Shown: positions 18,908-31,002, numbered from the stretch's first letter. The stretch is 64,000 bases of DNA from Campylobacterales bacterium (GCA_050252455.1 JBFWKW010000007.1:296-64295), one strand, 5' to 3'. A program made the numbers and translations. Notes: a model not told the origin generated them from the letters alone.

Positions 18908-19371
18908 CAAAAGAAAAATCAGTCGATGCTCTAATAACAAAACTCAGGGAGAGGGTAAAAGAACAAAATCTCAAAAACACTACCCAAAGAGAAGTGATTA
19001 TCCGTGCCATGTTCAAGCATAAAGGGCATTTTACCCCTGAGGAGATACTCGGATTTACTCAAAAAGAAGAGGGCGGTAAGAATATCGGCATAGCTACGGT
19101 TTATCGGGCTTTGAATTTTTTTGAGCAAGAGGGATTTGTCGTTAGTATCTCGTTTGGAGCCGACGGCAAAAGATATGAGCTAAACGTCAAAGAACATCAT
19201 GACCATATGATTTGTGACGAATGTGAAAAAATTATAGAATTTGAATCCGATGAGATAGAGAGATTGCAAGAGGCCGAGGCCGCGAAAAAAGGATTTCTTA
19301 TCAAAGACCATGCCATGCAACTGCACGGCATATGCAAAGAGTGCCAACAAAAAGAGAAGGGAAAAAATTAA
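18904..19371 (+). CDS. fur: Fur-family metalloregulator
   Basis: It has a winged-helix N-terminus, the motif HHDHMICDECEKIIEF and a C-terminal CKEC. 155 aa. Confidence 0.8.
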   Translation: MTKEKSVDALITKLRERVKEQNLKNTTQREVIIRAMFKHKGHFTPEEILGFTQKEEGGKNIGIATVYRALNFFEQEGFVVSISFGADGKRYELNVKEHHDHMICDECEKIIEFESDEIERLQEAEAAKKGFLIKDHAMQLHGICKECQQKEKGKN

Positions 19372-19375
19372 ATAA

Positions 19376-20857
19376 ATGTTTGACAACGTATATACGCAGC
19401 AGAGGATAGAAAAAGCCGAAGCTCTAAAAGGAATGGGCAAAAACCCATACACTTCAATCTCAAAAAGAGATAGCAATACTGCAGAATTTATAAATAACAA
19501 TCAATATATTTTTGACCTTGAAGAGGGAAATAAAAAAAGCGACAAAAGCTATACCGTAGCGGGAAGAATAAAGTTTCTAAGACTTATGGGCAAGGCAGCT
19601 TTTGCGAAGATAGAAGATGAATCCGGCGTACTCCAAATATATTACTCCAAAAACGACCTAGGCGATTGGTTTGCAGAACTTGTCAAGCTTGCCGAAGTAG
19701 GCGATATCGTAGAGGTGAGCGGCTATGCGTTTGTCACCAAGACGGGTGAGCTTACAATGCACGTGCAGAGTATGGAGATACTGACAAAAGCGGTAAATCA
19801 GCTTCCGGAGAAGTTTCACGGGCTTACCGACATGGAGACTAGATATAGACAAAGATACCTTGACCTCATCATGAATAGAGAGGTGCTAGACACCCTAAAA
19901 ACTAGAAGCAAGGTTGTTAGCCTTGTGAGGAGATTTTTTGAAAACGAAGGGTTTTTGGAGGTTGAGACTCCGATGCTTCATCCGATAGCCGGAGGGGCGA
20001 CCGCTAGACCGTTTATCACTCATCATAACGCACTCGGCGAAGATAGATACCTTCGTATAGCCCCTGAGCTTTACCTCAAAAGACTGATAGTGGGCGGTTT
20101 TGAAGCGGTATTTGAAATCAACAGAAGCTTTAGAAACGAGGGGATTGACCATACGCACAACCCTGAGTTTACGATGATAGAGTTTTATAGGGCTTACAAA
20201 AACTACGAATATCTAATGGATTTGACAGAAAAATTATTCGGCTACCTGATAGAGAGTTTAGGGCTTTCGTCTCAAATCACGATAGGCGATTACGATGTTG
20301 ATTTCACGAAGTTTAGTAGAGTGGATTACGTCAAATCTTTGACTGATATCGGTGGCGTACCGGTAGAAGCGACAAAAGATAGAGATTCCATCAAAGCATA
20401 CCTCAAATCAAAAGAGATAGAGTTTGAAGAAAAATCAAACTACGGCGAACTTCTAGGTGAACTCTTCGACAACTTCGTAGAGAAAAAACTAACCAATCCG
20501 ACATTCGTAACAGGCTTTCCGGTAGAGATTTCCCCGCTTGCGAAAAGAAGCGAAGCAAACCCTGAGATTACCGATAGATTTGAGCTGTTTATCGCCGGAC
20601 GAGAGATTGCAAACGGCTTTAACGAGCTTAACGACCCAATCGACCAATACGAGAGATTTAAAAAACAAGTAGAGGCGAAAGCGGCTGGCAACGTAGAGGC
20701 AAACGATATGGATGAGGACTTTGTTGAGGCGCTAAAATACGGTATGCCTCCGACCGCAGGGCAGGGTATCGGTATAGACAGACTGGTTATGTTGCTGACG
20801 GGACAAGAGTCAATCAAGGATGTTATTTTGTTCCCTGCTATGAGAAGATTAAGTTAA
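19376..20857 (+). CDS. lysS: Lysine--tRNA ligase (class II)
   Basis: It has an OB-fold N-terminus and class II motifs ([18 protein letters not shown]). 493 aa. Confidence 0.95.
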   Translation: MFDNVYTQQRIEKAEALKGMGKNPYTSISKRDSNTAEFINNNQYIFDLEEGNKKSDKSYTVAGRIKFLRLMGKAAFAKIEDESGVLQIYYSKNDLGDWFAELVKLAEVGDIVEVSGYAFVTKTGELTMHVQSMEILTKAVNQLPEKFHGLTDMETRYRQRYLDLIMNREVLDTLKTRSKVVSLVRRFFENEGFLEVETPMLHPIAGGATARPFITHHNALGEDRYLRIAPELYLKRLIVGGFEAVFEINRSFRNEGIDHTHNPEFTMIEFYRAYKNYEYLMDLTEKLFGYLIESLGLSSQITIGDYDVDFTKFSRVDYVKSLTDIGGVPVEATKDRDSIKAYLKSKEIEFEEKSNYGELLGELFDNFVEKKLTNPTFVTGFPVEISPLAKRSEANPEITDRFELFIAGREIANGFNELNDPIDQYERFKKQVEAKAAGNVEANDMDEDFVEALKYGMPPTAGQGIGIDRLVMLLTGQESIKDVILFPAMRRLS

Positions 20858-20871
20858 CTAAAGGATAAAAA

Positions 20872-22119
20872 ATGGGTTTTTTGGAAAATAGCGACAAACA
20901 AGTTTATGACATACTACAAAAAGAGCTGGGCAGACAAACGCATCACCTTGAGATGATAGCTTCCGAGAACTTCACATTCCCATCGGTTATGGAAGCGAGC
21001 GGTAGTATTTTTACGAACAAATATGCCGAGGGGTATCCATACAAAAGATATTACGGCGGTTGTGAATTTGCCGACGAAGTAGAGCAACTTGCTATTGATA
21101 GAGCAAAAGAGCTTTTTGGTTGTGAATACGCAAACGTACAGCCACACGCAGGTTCACAAGCTAACGGCGCAGTGTTTACGGCGCTTTTAAAACCTTACGA
21201 CAAAATACTTGGAATGGATTTGTCAAACGGTGGACACTTGACTCACGGGGCAAAAGTAAACTTCAGCGGTCAAAACTATGAGAGCTTCTCGTATGGCGTA
21301 GAACTTGACGGCTATATCAACTATGACAGAGTTCAAGACATTGCAAATATCGTAAAACCAAAGATGATTATTTGCGGAGCTAGCGCATATTCCAGAGAGC
21401 TTGATTTTAAAAGATTTAGAGAGATAGCAGACTCCGTAGGCGCACTTCTTTTTGCGGATATTGCCCATTATGCCGGTCTTATTGCTGCAGGCGAATATCC
21501 AAGCCCATTCCCTTATGCCGATGTCGTAACTACCACTACCCACAAGACACTCAGAGGTCCAAGAGGCGGTATGATAATGACAAACAACGAAGAGATAGCA
21601 ACCAAGATAAACAAAGCCGTATTCCCGGGAATGCAAGGCGGACCGCTTGTTCACATAATGGCTGCAAAAGCTGTAGGTTTTGGCGAAAATCTAAAGCCTG
21701 AGTGGAAAACATATGCAAAACAAGTCAAAGCAAATATTAAAGTCTTGGCGGAAATTTTGGTAAACAGAGGGTACGATATAGTATCCGGCGGTACAGACTC
21801 ACATCTTGTTCTTGTCAGTCTTTTGAACAAGGAATTCTCAGGCAAAGATGCAGACGCCGCACTCGGTAGAGCCGGAATTACCGTAAATAAAAATACTGTT
21901 CCGGGCGAGACTAGAAGCCCTTTTGTTACAAGCGGTATCCGTATCGGCTCGCCTGCTTTGACTGCTAGAGGGATGAAAGAAGAAGAATTCAAGATAATAG
22001 CAAACGCTATATGCGACGTATTTGACGACATAAACAATGAAGCGAAGCAAAAAGAGATAGCCTCTAAAATGAAAGAGCTTGCATCTAAATTCGTAATTTA
22101 CGATAGAGCGATATATTAA
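20872..22119 (+). CDS. glyA: Serine hydroxymethyltransferase
   Basis: The PLP-lysine region [14 protein letters not shown] is present and the protein is SHMT-like over its full length. Confidence 0.95.
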   Translation: MGFLENSDKQVYDILQKELGRQTHHLEMIASENFTFPSVMEASGSIFTNKYAEGYPYKRYYGGCEFADEVEQLAIDRAKELFGCEYANVQPHAGSQANGAVFTALLKPYDKILGMDLSNGGHLTHGAKVNFSGQNYESFSYGVELDGYINYDRVQDIANIVKPKMIICGASAYSRELDFKRFREIADSVGALLFADIAHYAGLIAAGEYPSPFPYADVVTTTTHKTLRGPRGGMIMTNNEEIATKINKAVFPGMQGGPLVHIMAAKAVGFGENLKPEWKTYAKQVKANIKVLAEILVNRGYDIVSGGTDSHLVLVSLLNKEFSGKDADAALGRAGITVNKNTVPGETRSPFVTSGIRIGSPALTARGMKEEEFKIIANAICDVFDDINNEAKQKEIASKMKELASKFVIYDRAIY

Positions 22120-22143
22120 AAACCGACAAGGAAATAGTGCCCG

Positions 22144-22686
22144 ATGTACAATGTAGATATCAAACTTATCAAGATGTGCACGACGCACTATTGGCAGAAA
22201 AAAGACGGAGCAAGCGATAAGCTTGAGTTTAAGGGCAAGACTTATTTTAATAAGTTTGAGAGGGTAGATAAGCCGCTTACGATGCAGGTGATGAGCGATC
22301 ATCAAGACGGCAAGATTACGGTTGCCCACTCTCTTATTTTGCCAAATCAAAAAGTTGAAAATATCGTATTTGACTACAACGGTAGAGATCCGGAGAGATT
22401 CTGGCATAGAGCTCAGCTTTTGTTTAGAGAAGAGGGGTTTATCAACTTTACGGCATACAAGACAAAGACGGACGGACATCTGCATTTGTATATCCACAAG
22501 GGGCATACAACGCTTCACGAGGGAATACACCTTGCAAAGACTCTGTCCATGAAACTGGGACAGAGATTGCCTACGCAGTGGAACGTATTTCCAAACGATC
22601 AGATTCCGCCCGAGTACAACATATTAACGCTACCGTATGAGCTCTATCAAAAAGAGCGTGGCGCATCTTGGTCAAAACATCTATAA
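22144..22686 (+). CDS. DUF1882-like conserved epsilonproteobacterial protein
   Basis: 180 aa. A gene of this type sits after glyA in Helicobacter/Campylobacter as I recall. His-rich segment [19 protein letters not shown]. Confidence 0.6.
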   Translation: MYNVDIKLIKMCTTHYWQKKDGASDKLEFKGKTYFNKFERVDKPLTMQVMSDHQDGKITVAHSLILPNQKVENIVFDYNGRDPERFWHRAQLLFREEGFINFTAYKTKTDGHLHLYIHKGHTTLHEGIHLAKTLSMKLGQRLPTQWNVFPNDQIPPEYNILTLPYELYQKERGASWSKHL

Positions 22687-22702
22687 TCAAAAATAAGGGG
22701 TA

Positions 22703-23608
22703 ATGCAGATGGATGATAAAAACGAATTGAACGACCTGCTTCTTGGCAATCAAAAAGAGAGTAGCTCTAGTAAGAAATTTTTCCTTATTGCCGCAGGCGT
22801 ACTGCTTTTGTTTTTTATTATTATCGGAATTATGAAGTTTATGGGCTCATCTGAAACCAAGCAGCCTCTCCCTATAACGGCCGCAGAGCAAATGAAAAAA
22901 ATTCCTGATGTCGCGGCTGTTCAACCGGCAGCTCAGAATGCGAATGCGACGGCTCATCCGACGGATGCAAATGCGAGCGCTGATGAGAAATTAAACGCAA
23001 TAGTTAAAAAGTTGCAGCAAGATGCGCAGTCACAAGCAACCGGCGCTCAGCCTGCAGCAGTCACGCAGCCTACGCCTAATGCTCCGGTGCAAGTTCCGGT
23101 AGCAACAAAACAAGCTGCTCAACAGCCGCAACCTCAGCCGCAGGCTGTTCAAGTTGCCCCAAAAACAACTGTTGTCTCCGTGCCAATCAAAACTGCGACT
23201 GCAACTCAGCCTGTAGCCAAAGCACCTAAAGAGGAAACAAAAAAAGAAGAGCCTAAAAAAGAAGATGTCAAAAAAGCATTCAAAGAGGCCACTAAAAACG
23301 TAACAAAGACTGCGCCTAAAGTTGAGGCAAAACCTAAAGTTGCGCAAGCGGAGGCAAAACCTAAGGTGGCTGCAGCCGGAACCTACTTTGTTCAAGTGGG
23401 TTATTTTGAAAGCGAAGCTGCCGCAAAAGGTCTTAGGGACAAAGCAAATTCCGTTGGATTTGGCTCCACTACAAAAGCGGCCGTCAAGAACGATAAAAAT
23501 ATAACAAAGGTATGGGTCGGCCCTTTTGATTCAAAAGAAGATGCCACAAAAGCCCTCCCTAAAATTAGAGAGCAAATCAAAAGCGACGCGTTTATTATAA
23601 AAGGGTAG
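22703..23608 (+). CDS. SPOR-domain membrane protein
   Basis: It has an N-terminal TM, a long A/P/Q/K-rich low-complexity linker and a C-terminal SPOR fold (GTYFVQVGYFESEAAAKGL...KVWVGPFDSKEDATKAL). Confidence 0.75.
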   Translation: MQMDDKNELNDLLLGNQKESSSSKKFFLIAAGVLLLFFIIIGIMKFMGSSETKQPLPITAAEQMKKIPDVAAVQPAAQNANATAHPTDANASADEKLNAIVKKLQQDAQSQATGAQPAAVTQPTPNAPVQVPVATKQAAQQPQPQPQAVQVAPKTTVVSVPIKTATATQPVAKAPKEETKKEEPKKEDVKKAFKEATKNVTKTAPKVEAKPKVAQAEAKPKVAAAGTYFVQVGYFESEAAAKGLRDKANSVGFGSTTKAAVKNDKNITKVWVGPFDSKEDATKALPKIREQIKSDAFIIKG

Positions 23609-23610
23609 TT

Positions 23611-25020
23611 TTGTATTTTAAATCAGTTTTTATAGACCAGTTTACCCCGATAGCTTTTTATGCCAAGCTTAAAGAGCATTTCGCAGGTGAGCGGATGTTT
23701 TTGCTAGAGAGCGCCACCGTTAACGAGTTTGGAAACTTTAGCTATATATTTATAGGCGAGAGAGAGTCGCTAAGTTTTAAAAACGGTGTTTCGACATACA
23801 CTAATGAAGACGGTACACAAAGAGAGCTATCGACTGAGCCGCTAGCCTTTTTGGGGGATTATTACAAAAGCCTTGATGCCAAAAAATATGCAGATATGTC
23901 TGTAGCTACGGGGCTTGGTTTTGTGGATGGCTTCGTCGGATTCGTCGGATACGACATCATAAAAGAGTTTGAGCCTGTACTAAAGCCCGCCATGGATTCT
24001 TTGAAGGATGAGACCGGCACCCCTGATTTTTATATGATGCGCCCAAAAATAGTTATAGGCTATTCCCATAAAAACTGCAAACTAACGATGCTCTCAACCT
24101 GTATGCCTCAATCTACGCTTGATGATATAGAGAAGTTGTTGCTATCCGATTATTCGGCGCTTCCTCTTTTGAAGCCTAAAGGAAGTTTTGCTTCGGCTAG
24201 TATGCTTAGCGATGAACAATTTAAGGCTGGGGTGATATCTGCAAAGGAGCACATACGAGCCGGGGACGTATTTCAAATACTGGTTGCAAACAGGGTTACG
24301 GTTGAGGCTGAAGTTGACGCATACAGCTTTTACCGTGTTCTAAGGGCCAAAAATCCATCTCCTTATATGTATTTTTTGGAGTTTGACGACTTTAGTATAG
24401 CCGGAAGCTCGCCTGAGGTTATGATAAAGCTCGAAGACGGCGAAATACTTATCCGCCCTATAGCGGGAACTAGAAAACGTGGGCATGACATCCAAAAAGA
24501 TTTGGAGATGGAAGCCGAGATGCTAAATGATCCTAAAGAGAGGGCTGAGCACATAATGCTTGTTGATCTAGCCAGAAATGATATAGGCAGGGTGAGTAAG
24601 CCGTCAACGGTAAAAGTCGGCGAGTTAATGCGCGTTGAAAGATATTCGCATGTTATGCACATGGTAAGTGACGTTACGGGTAATTTGGAAGATGACAAAA
24701 GTATGTTTGACCTCTTTCGTGCGACATTCACGGCCGGCACTATGACGGGGGCCCCAAAAATAAAAGCTATGGAGATTATCGCTCGTCTCGAGGGCGTCAA
24801 ACGAGGGTTTTATAGCGGCTCCATAGGTTATTTCGGATTTGACGGGAATATGGATTTTGCAATTACCATCAGAACTGCACTTGTCAAAAAAGATAAGATA
24901 GTTTTCCAAGCAGGTGCCGGCGTTGTCGCCGATAGCGTTCCGGAGCTTGAGCTAAAAGAGATAAAAAACAAACTTGCAGCAAATATCTCTAGTTTCGAGG
25001 ATTTAAAAAACCTTGAATAA
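23611..25020 (+). CDS. Anthranilate synthase component I family protein (TrpE/PabB)
   Basis: It carries an LLES motif and a chorismate-binding core (GTRKRG, AEHIMLVDLARND, TFTAGTMTGAPK, YSGSIGYF). TTG start after AAAGGG. I cannot separate TrpE from PabB. Confidence 0.8.
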   Translation: MYFKSVFIDQFTPIAFYAKLKEHFAGERMFLLESATVNEFGNFSYIFIGERESLSFKNGVSTYTNEDGTQRELSTEPLAFLGDYYKSLDAKKYADMSVATGLGFVDGFVGFVGYDIIKEFEPVLKPAMDSLKDETGTPDFYMMRPKIVIGYSHKNCKLTMLSTCMPQSTLDDIEKLLLSDYSALPLLKPKGSFASASMLSDEQFKAGVISAKEHIRAGDVFQILVANRVTVEAEVDAYSFYRVLRAKNPSPYMYFLEFDDFSIAGSSPEVMIKLEDGEILIRPIAGTRKRGHDIQKDLEMEAEMLNDPKERAEHIMLVDLARNDIGRVSKPSTVKVGELMRVERYSHVMHMVSDVTGNLEDDKSMFDLFRATFTAGTMTGAPKIKAMEIIARLEGVKRGFYSGSIGYFGFDGNMDFAITIRTALVKKDKIVFQAGAGVVADSVPELELKEIKNKLAANISSFEDLKNLE

Positions 25021-25798
25021 GAGGCTATTTGCACTTTTTGGCAATCCGGTATTCCACTCCAAATCCCCTCTTTTACACAACTCTTTATACAAAGAGCTTG
25101 GGATTGATGCTTGCTATACTAGATATCTATTAGAGGATGGCTCTCGTCTTAAAGAAAAATTTTTCTCTCTAGGCTTAGATGGCGTCAATATCACCGTTCC
25201 GTTTAAAGAAGATGCTTTTGAGGCTTGCGACTTCTTGGATGAATTTGCAAAAAATATAGGCGCCGTCAATACTATCATTCTAAAAGATGGAAAACTGCAT
25301 GGATACAATACCGACGCACCGGGGTTTATGGCTTCACTTGGTTCGCTGGTGCCACAAAGTGCCATCATACTAGGTGCAGGTGGAACGGCAAGGGCAATAG
25401 CTTTCGCTTTGCGTGCCGAGGGCATAGAGCCGCTTATTGTAAATAGAAGCGCCGGGCGGCTTGAATTCTTCAAACAACACGGGTTTAATACTTCTACTTT
25501 AGACGGCGCTATAAGTAGTAGCTTTGATTTGGTGGCAAACACTACGAGTGCGGGGCTTACGGACGATGAGCTCCCTATGCAAAAAGAGATACTTTCAGAT
25601 TTATTATCCGCTGCAAAGTTGGCTTATGATTGTATATACAAAGAGACACCGTTTTTAAAGTTGGCAACAGAGCTAGGTATCGATAGAAAAAATGGAATTG
25701 ATATGCTTATCTGGCAAGCTTTTTTTGCTTTTGAGATTTTTGTTGATAAAAAAATAGATAAAAAGTATATTGAAGTTATGAGGGGTGCAGTAAAATAA
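25013..25798 (+). CDS. aroE: Shikimate dehydrogenase
   Basis: Motifs FGNPVFHSKSP, NITVPFKE and the NAD(P) site LGAGGTARA are present. The TTG start overlaps the upstream stop. Confidence 0.9.
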   Translation: MNKRLFALFGNPVFHSKSPLLHNSLYKELGIDACYTRYLLEDGSRLKEKFFSLGLDGVNITVPFKEDAFEACDFLDEFAKNIGAVNTIILKDGKLHGYNTDAPGFMASLGSLVPQSAIILGAGGTARAIAFALRAEGIEPLIVNRSAGRLEFFKQHGFNTSTLDGAISSSFDLVANTTSAGLTDDELPMQKEILSDLLSAAKLAYDCIYKETPFLKLATELGIDRKNGIDMLIWQAFFAFEIFVDKKIDKKYIEVMRGAVK

Positions 25799-25800
25799 CT

Positions 25801-25822
25801 GCTAAAGCCCAAGGGCTTTAGC
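25801..25822. terminator. Bidirectional hairpin between convergent aroE and the small lipoprotein gene
   Basis: Perfect inverted repeat GCTAAAGCCC-AA-GGGCTTTAGC, directly between the two stop codons (25798 and 25831). Confidence 0.5.
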
Positions 25823-25830
25823 GAGGGTTG

Positions 25831-26013
25831 TTAGTGGCTTTTGTTAGCTTCAGTAGCGTTAGCTTCAGTAGCGTTAGCTTCTACAACTGGTGCAGTTACG
25901 TTAGCTTCTACAGTAGCGTTAGCTTCAGTTACGTTAGCTTCTTCAGCTTTTTTTGAACAACCAGAGAATGCAAGACCTGCGATTACAAGAGCAGCAACTA
26001 GAACTTTTTTCAT
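25831..26013 (-). CDS. 60-aa lipoprotein made of repeated E-A-N-x-T/S units (poly-sequon peptide)
   Basis: It has a signal peptide plus the lipobox AFSGC. AAGGAAAAC lies upstream of the ATG. The mature part is SKKAEEANVTEANATVEANVTAPVVEANATEANATEANKSH. Confidence 0.6.
   Translation of the reverse strand: MKKVLVAALVIAGLAFSGCSKKAEEANVTEANATVEANVTAPVVEANATEANATEANKSH
25843..25941. repeat. Imperfect tandem repeat, six copies of GTTAGCTTC core (coding E-A-N on the minus strand)
   Basis: Core copies start at 25843, 25858, 25873, 25900, 25918 and 25933 (spacings 15, 15, 27, 18, 15 nt), all inside the small lipoprotein ORF. Confidence 0.9.
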
Positions 26014-26388
26014 TTTGTTTTCCTTATTTTAAATTGAACGGGCGTACCCGCAAAAAACCCTTAATATAAAGGGACCTACGACTGCAGCCGGATTTGCCTG
26101 AATTTTGCTACATACTTTTTACAGATAAGTGACAAAATCCAAAAAAATCTTCAAAATTTTAAAGAGCCGTACAATTTAAGCTAAGCTTAAGATTTATGAA
26201 AAACCCCTATTTTATAAGGCTTCAGCATAAAATCGTAACACAGCTAAATCAAAGCCGCAATTATACAACACAATAACTTTAAAAAAGCCTTAAATTATTT
26301 AATTTTTGCAGTTCATTTTTAATATTTTCTTGCGCAACAAAAATACCCCTAATATGCATCTTGTTTATAAAAACTCTTACCTACTTTT

Positions 26389-26397
26389 TGGTATAGT
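26389..26397 (+). promoter_or_regulatory. Candidate extended -10 promoter element (TGgTATAGT)
   Basis: It sits about 38 nt upstream of ATG 26435 in an AT-rich region and fits the TGnTATAAT-like sigma70 pattern of epsilonproteobacteria. Confidence 0.35.
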
Positions 26398-26434
26398 GCG
26401 AAAGCATTTTAGGCGCGATATTTTACTAGGAAAG

Positions 26435-27553
26435 ATGAAAAATATGATACTGCTTACCCCGGGGCCGACCGCAGTTCCAGAATCGGTTAGAGCCGCTATG
26501 TCTACTGAAACAATTCACCATAGAACAAAAGAGTTTGAAGCTATATTTGCAAATACGAGAGATATGCTCAAAAAGCTATTTGGTATGCCTGAGGCTTTAA
26601 TGCTGGTGTCTTCCGGAAGTGGAGCCATGGAGGGGGCAGTATTAAATTTGACACATAAAAAAGCCCTTACTATAAATGGCGGAAAATTCGGCGAGAGATT
26701 CGGCAAGATAGCAAAAGCTTTTAATACGCCGTATACCGAAATAGTCGTAGAATGGGGAGAGAGCGTTAGTGTTGAGACCGTACTCGAAGAGATAAAAAAA
26801 GACGGTGAAATAGACGCTATTTTTATACAAATCTCCGAGTCTTCTACCGGCGTTCGTCATCCAGTGGAAGAGATGGCGGCCGCTGTTAAAAAAATAAACC
26901 CAAATATTATGATAGTAGCCGACGGAATAACGGCGGTAGGCGTGGAACGCATAGACGTGTCAAATATAGATTGCCTAATTACCGGAAGCCAAAAAGCGTT
27001 GATGCTACCTCCGGGTCTCGCAATGATGGGCCTGAGCGACGCTGCCGTTGCAAAGATAGAAGCAAAACCGGCCGGTTTTTATTTCAATCTTGCTACCGAG
27101 CTTAAAAACCAGCGTAAAAATACTACTGCATGGACTGCGGCAACTACACTTACAATAGGGCTTGAGAAAGTTCTTACCGATTTATTTGCGCAGGGTATAG
27201 ACAAAAAATATGAAGAGATAGCAAAGATTGCCAAAGCCACAAGGGCGGCTCTTGACGCCATAGGGCTTAAGCAATATCCTAAAAATCCGGCATTGTCTAT
27301 GAGTACGTATGAGCTCGATGGCGCAAATGCTCTTAGAAAACTTCTACAAAATGAGTTTAAAGTAAATATTGCTGGTGGGCAAGACCATCTAAACGACAAA
27401 ATTTTTAGAATAAACCATATGGGCTACGTAGAGGTTTATCATGCCGCTTGGGCTGTTGAGGCGATAGAGATAGCTATGGAAAAACTAAATATGAGAAAGT
27501 TTGACGCTTCCGCTTCAAAAGCGTTTGCAAAAAGCTTTTATTTGGAAGGCTGA
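26435..27553 (+). CDS. Class V aminotransferase (serine-pyruvate / alanine-glyoxylate / phosphoserine aminotransferase family)
   Basis: Motifs LLTPGPT, SGSGAMEG and the PLP-lysine ITGSQKALMLPPG are present. I chose ATG 26435 with AGGAAAG upstream. The ORF-track extension to 26306 is AT-rich non-coding-looking sequence. Confidence 0.8.
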   Translation: MKNMILLTPGPTAVPESVRAAMSTETIHHRTKEFEAIFANTRDMLKKLFGMPEALMLVSSGSGAMEGAVLNLTHKKALTINGGKFGERFGKIAKAFNTPYTEIVVEWGESVSVETVLEEIKKDGEIDAIFIQISESSTGVRHPVEEMAAAVKKINPNIMIVADGITAVGVERIDVSNIDCLITGSQKALMLPPGLAMMGLSDAAVAKIEAKPAGFYFNLATELKNQRKNTTAWTAATTLTIGLEKVLTDLFAQGIDKKYEEIAKIAKATRAALDAIGLKQYPKNPALSMSTYELDGANALRKLLQNEFKVNIAGGQDHLNDKIFRINHMGYVEVYHAAWAVEAIEIAMEKLNMRKFDASASKAFAKSFYLEG

Positions 27554-27555
27554 TT

Positions 27556-29663
<2,108 letters not shown>

Positions 29664-29683
29664 TCCCACAAGAGGATTCGGTT

Positions 29684-30106
29684 TTGAAAACGAAATTTAC
29701 GGCCGTCGTCAAAATCAGAAAAAAAGCAGTCGATGACATAGAGAATGCTATTTTTGCCGTAGAATCTCTCATAACAAAAACCAAAGCAAATCTTCTTGAA
29801 ACAAAAAATAGATTTAATAGTTTGGAGCCGCCCCATAGCGGCCCATACTCCGCCCTTATGGCATTTGAAGATATGAAAAAAGCCTTTAGATTTGAGATTG
29901 AGGGGCTCAAAGCATTGCTTGCAGACCACCAAAATAGAAAAAATATGTTGATAGGGCAATTAAAAGAGGCAAATGCCGAACTTGAGAAGATGAAGTACCT
30001 TGATGGCGAAGAGATTAAAAAAGTTCTAAAAGCAAGAGCCGTCCGTGAAGCAAAAGAGCTTGATGAGATAGGCGTAATGCTATATAACAACAGGAGTGAG
30101 AATTGA
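29684..30106 (+). CDS. FliJ-like flagellar export chaperone (HP0256-like)
   Basis: A 140-aa all-helical charged protein directly after purA, as for the Helicobacter pylori FliJ homologue I recall next to purA. TTG start after AAGAGGA. Confidence 0.55.
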   Translation: MKTKFTAVVKIRKKAVDDIENAIFAVESLITKTKANLLETKNRFNSLEPPHSGPYSALMAFEDMKKAFRFEIEGLKALLADHQNRKNMLIGQLKEANAELEKMKYLDGEEIKKVLKARAVREAKELDEIGVMLYNNRSEN

Positions 30107-30633
30107 AAAAAGTATCTATTCTGGTATCGGCTTGCTTCGTCTCGCTTGTTGCTGCTCCGAAACAGCAGTATTTGAGCGTAGATGAGTGTAATAAAATATT
30201 TGAGCAGAGAAAGTCCGAGCTCGCACTTCAAATCGAGAGGCTAGAAGAAAAAGAACAAGCTTTGAATGCGCTTCAAAATGCAAACAAAAATGTCTCCGGG
30301 CAGAAAGAACAAAAACTAAATTTAAAACTAAACGAAATCAATAAAGCCCTCTCCGATGTTGCCAAAAAAGAGCAAAACATCAAAGCCATGCTTGATGAAA
30401 ATAAAAAGATACTCGAGGCCATAGAGAAGTCTAAAGATGAAAAAATAACCCAAAGCTATGTAAAGATGAAGCCGTCTGCCGCAGCCGGGATACTTTCAGA
30501 GATGAATGCCACATCTGCCGCTTCTATACTTTTTAATCTTGAGGCTAAAAAAATGGCTGAAATATTGGGAAAGATGGATGCCAAAAAGGCTGCTGAGGCT
30601 GTAAGTAGGTTGAAAAAAGGGCCGCCGTTTTAA
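30103..30633 (+). CDS. MotE/FlbB-like periplasmic flagellar-associated protein (MgtE_N-type helical domain)
   Basis: It has a signal peptide, a coiled coil and the C-terminus PSAAAGILSEMNATSAASILFNLEAKKMAEILGKMDAKKAAE. TTG start after AGGAGTGAG. Confidence 0.55.
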   Translation: MKKVSILVSACFVSLVAAPKQQYLSVDECNKIFEQRKSELALQIERLEEKEQALNALQNANKNVSGQKEQKLNLKLNEINKALSDVAKKEQNIKAMLDENKKILEAIEKSKDEKITQSYVKMKPSAAAGILSEMNATSAASILFNLEAKKMAEILGKMDAKKAAEAVSRLKKGPPF

Positions 30634-30651
30634 GGGCGACCTTTTAAAATA

Positions 30652-31002
30652 TTATAGAGCCGCTTTAGCTTTTTCTACGATTTGTTTGAAAGTTTCAGGC
30701 TCGTTCATTGCGATATTTGCAAGGATTTTTCTATCAAGCTCGATGTTCGCTTTAAGAAGTCCGTTGATGAATCTTGAATAGCTGATACCGTTTAGTCTGC
30801 AAGCAGCGTTGATTCTAACTATCCAAAGTTTTCTGAACTCTCTTTTTTTCTGTTTTCTGTCTCTGAATGCGTAGTACAAGCTTCTTTCGAGCTGTTCTTT
30901 CGCCTTTCTGAAGTGTTTTCTTCTACCGCTAAAGAAACCTCTAGCAAGTTTTAGAACTTTTTTATGTCTTCTTCGTCTTACGACGCCAGTTTTTACTCTC
31001 AT
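30652..31002 (-). CDS. rplT: 50S ribosomal protein L20
   Basis: [23 protein letters not shown]... is canonical L20. Confidence 0.95.
   Translation of the reverse strand: MRVKTGVVRRRRHKKVLKLARGFFSGRRKHFRKAKEQLERSLYYAFRDRKQKKREFRKLWIVRINAACRLNGISYSRFINGLLKANIELDRKILANIAMNEPETFKQIVEKAKAAL

Noticed and set aside
21838-22530. 230-aa minus-strand ORF spanning the glyA end and the DUF1882-like gene
   Set aside because: It is antisense to the unmistakable glyA. It has no SD or motif, and its composition is typical of a shadow frame.
25843-25941. Short tandem repeats that could be mistaken for a mini CRISPR array or a non-coding VNTR
   Set aside because: The repeat unit is only about 15 nt with a 9-nt core, and there are no spacers of unique sequence. 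The repeats lie entirely within, and in frame with, a 60-aa lipoprotein ORF that has its own SD and terminator. I treat them as a coding repeat.
26306-26434. N-terminal extensions offered by the ORF track. Examples: 26306 for the aminotransferase, 18284 for cvpA, 60517 for aclB, 49649 for the third GGDEF-EAL gene, 43323 for cheY, 39432 for coaE, 2972 for ftsX
   Set aside because: The extensions run through AT-rich promoter-like sequence or the preceding gene and lack an SD. They add residues absent from the conserved family N-termini, whereas internal ATGs are preceded by good SDs.
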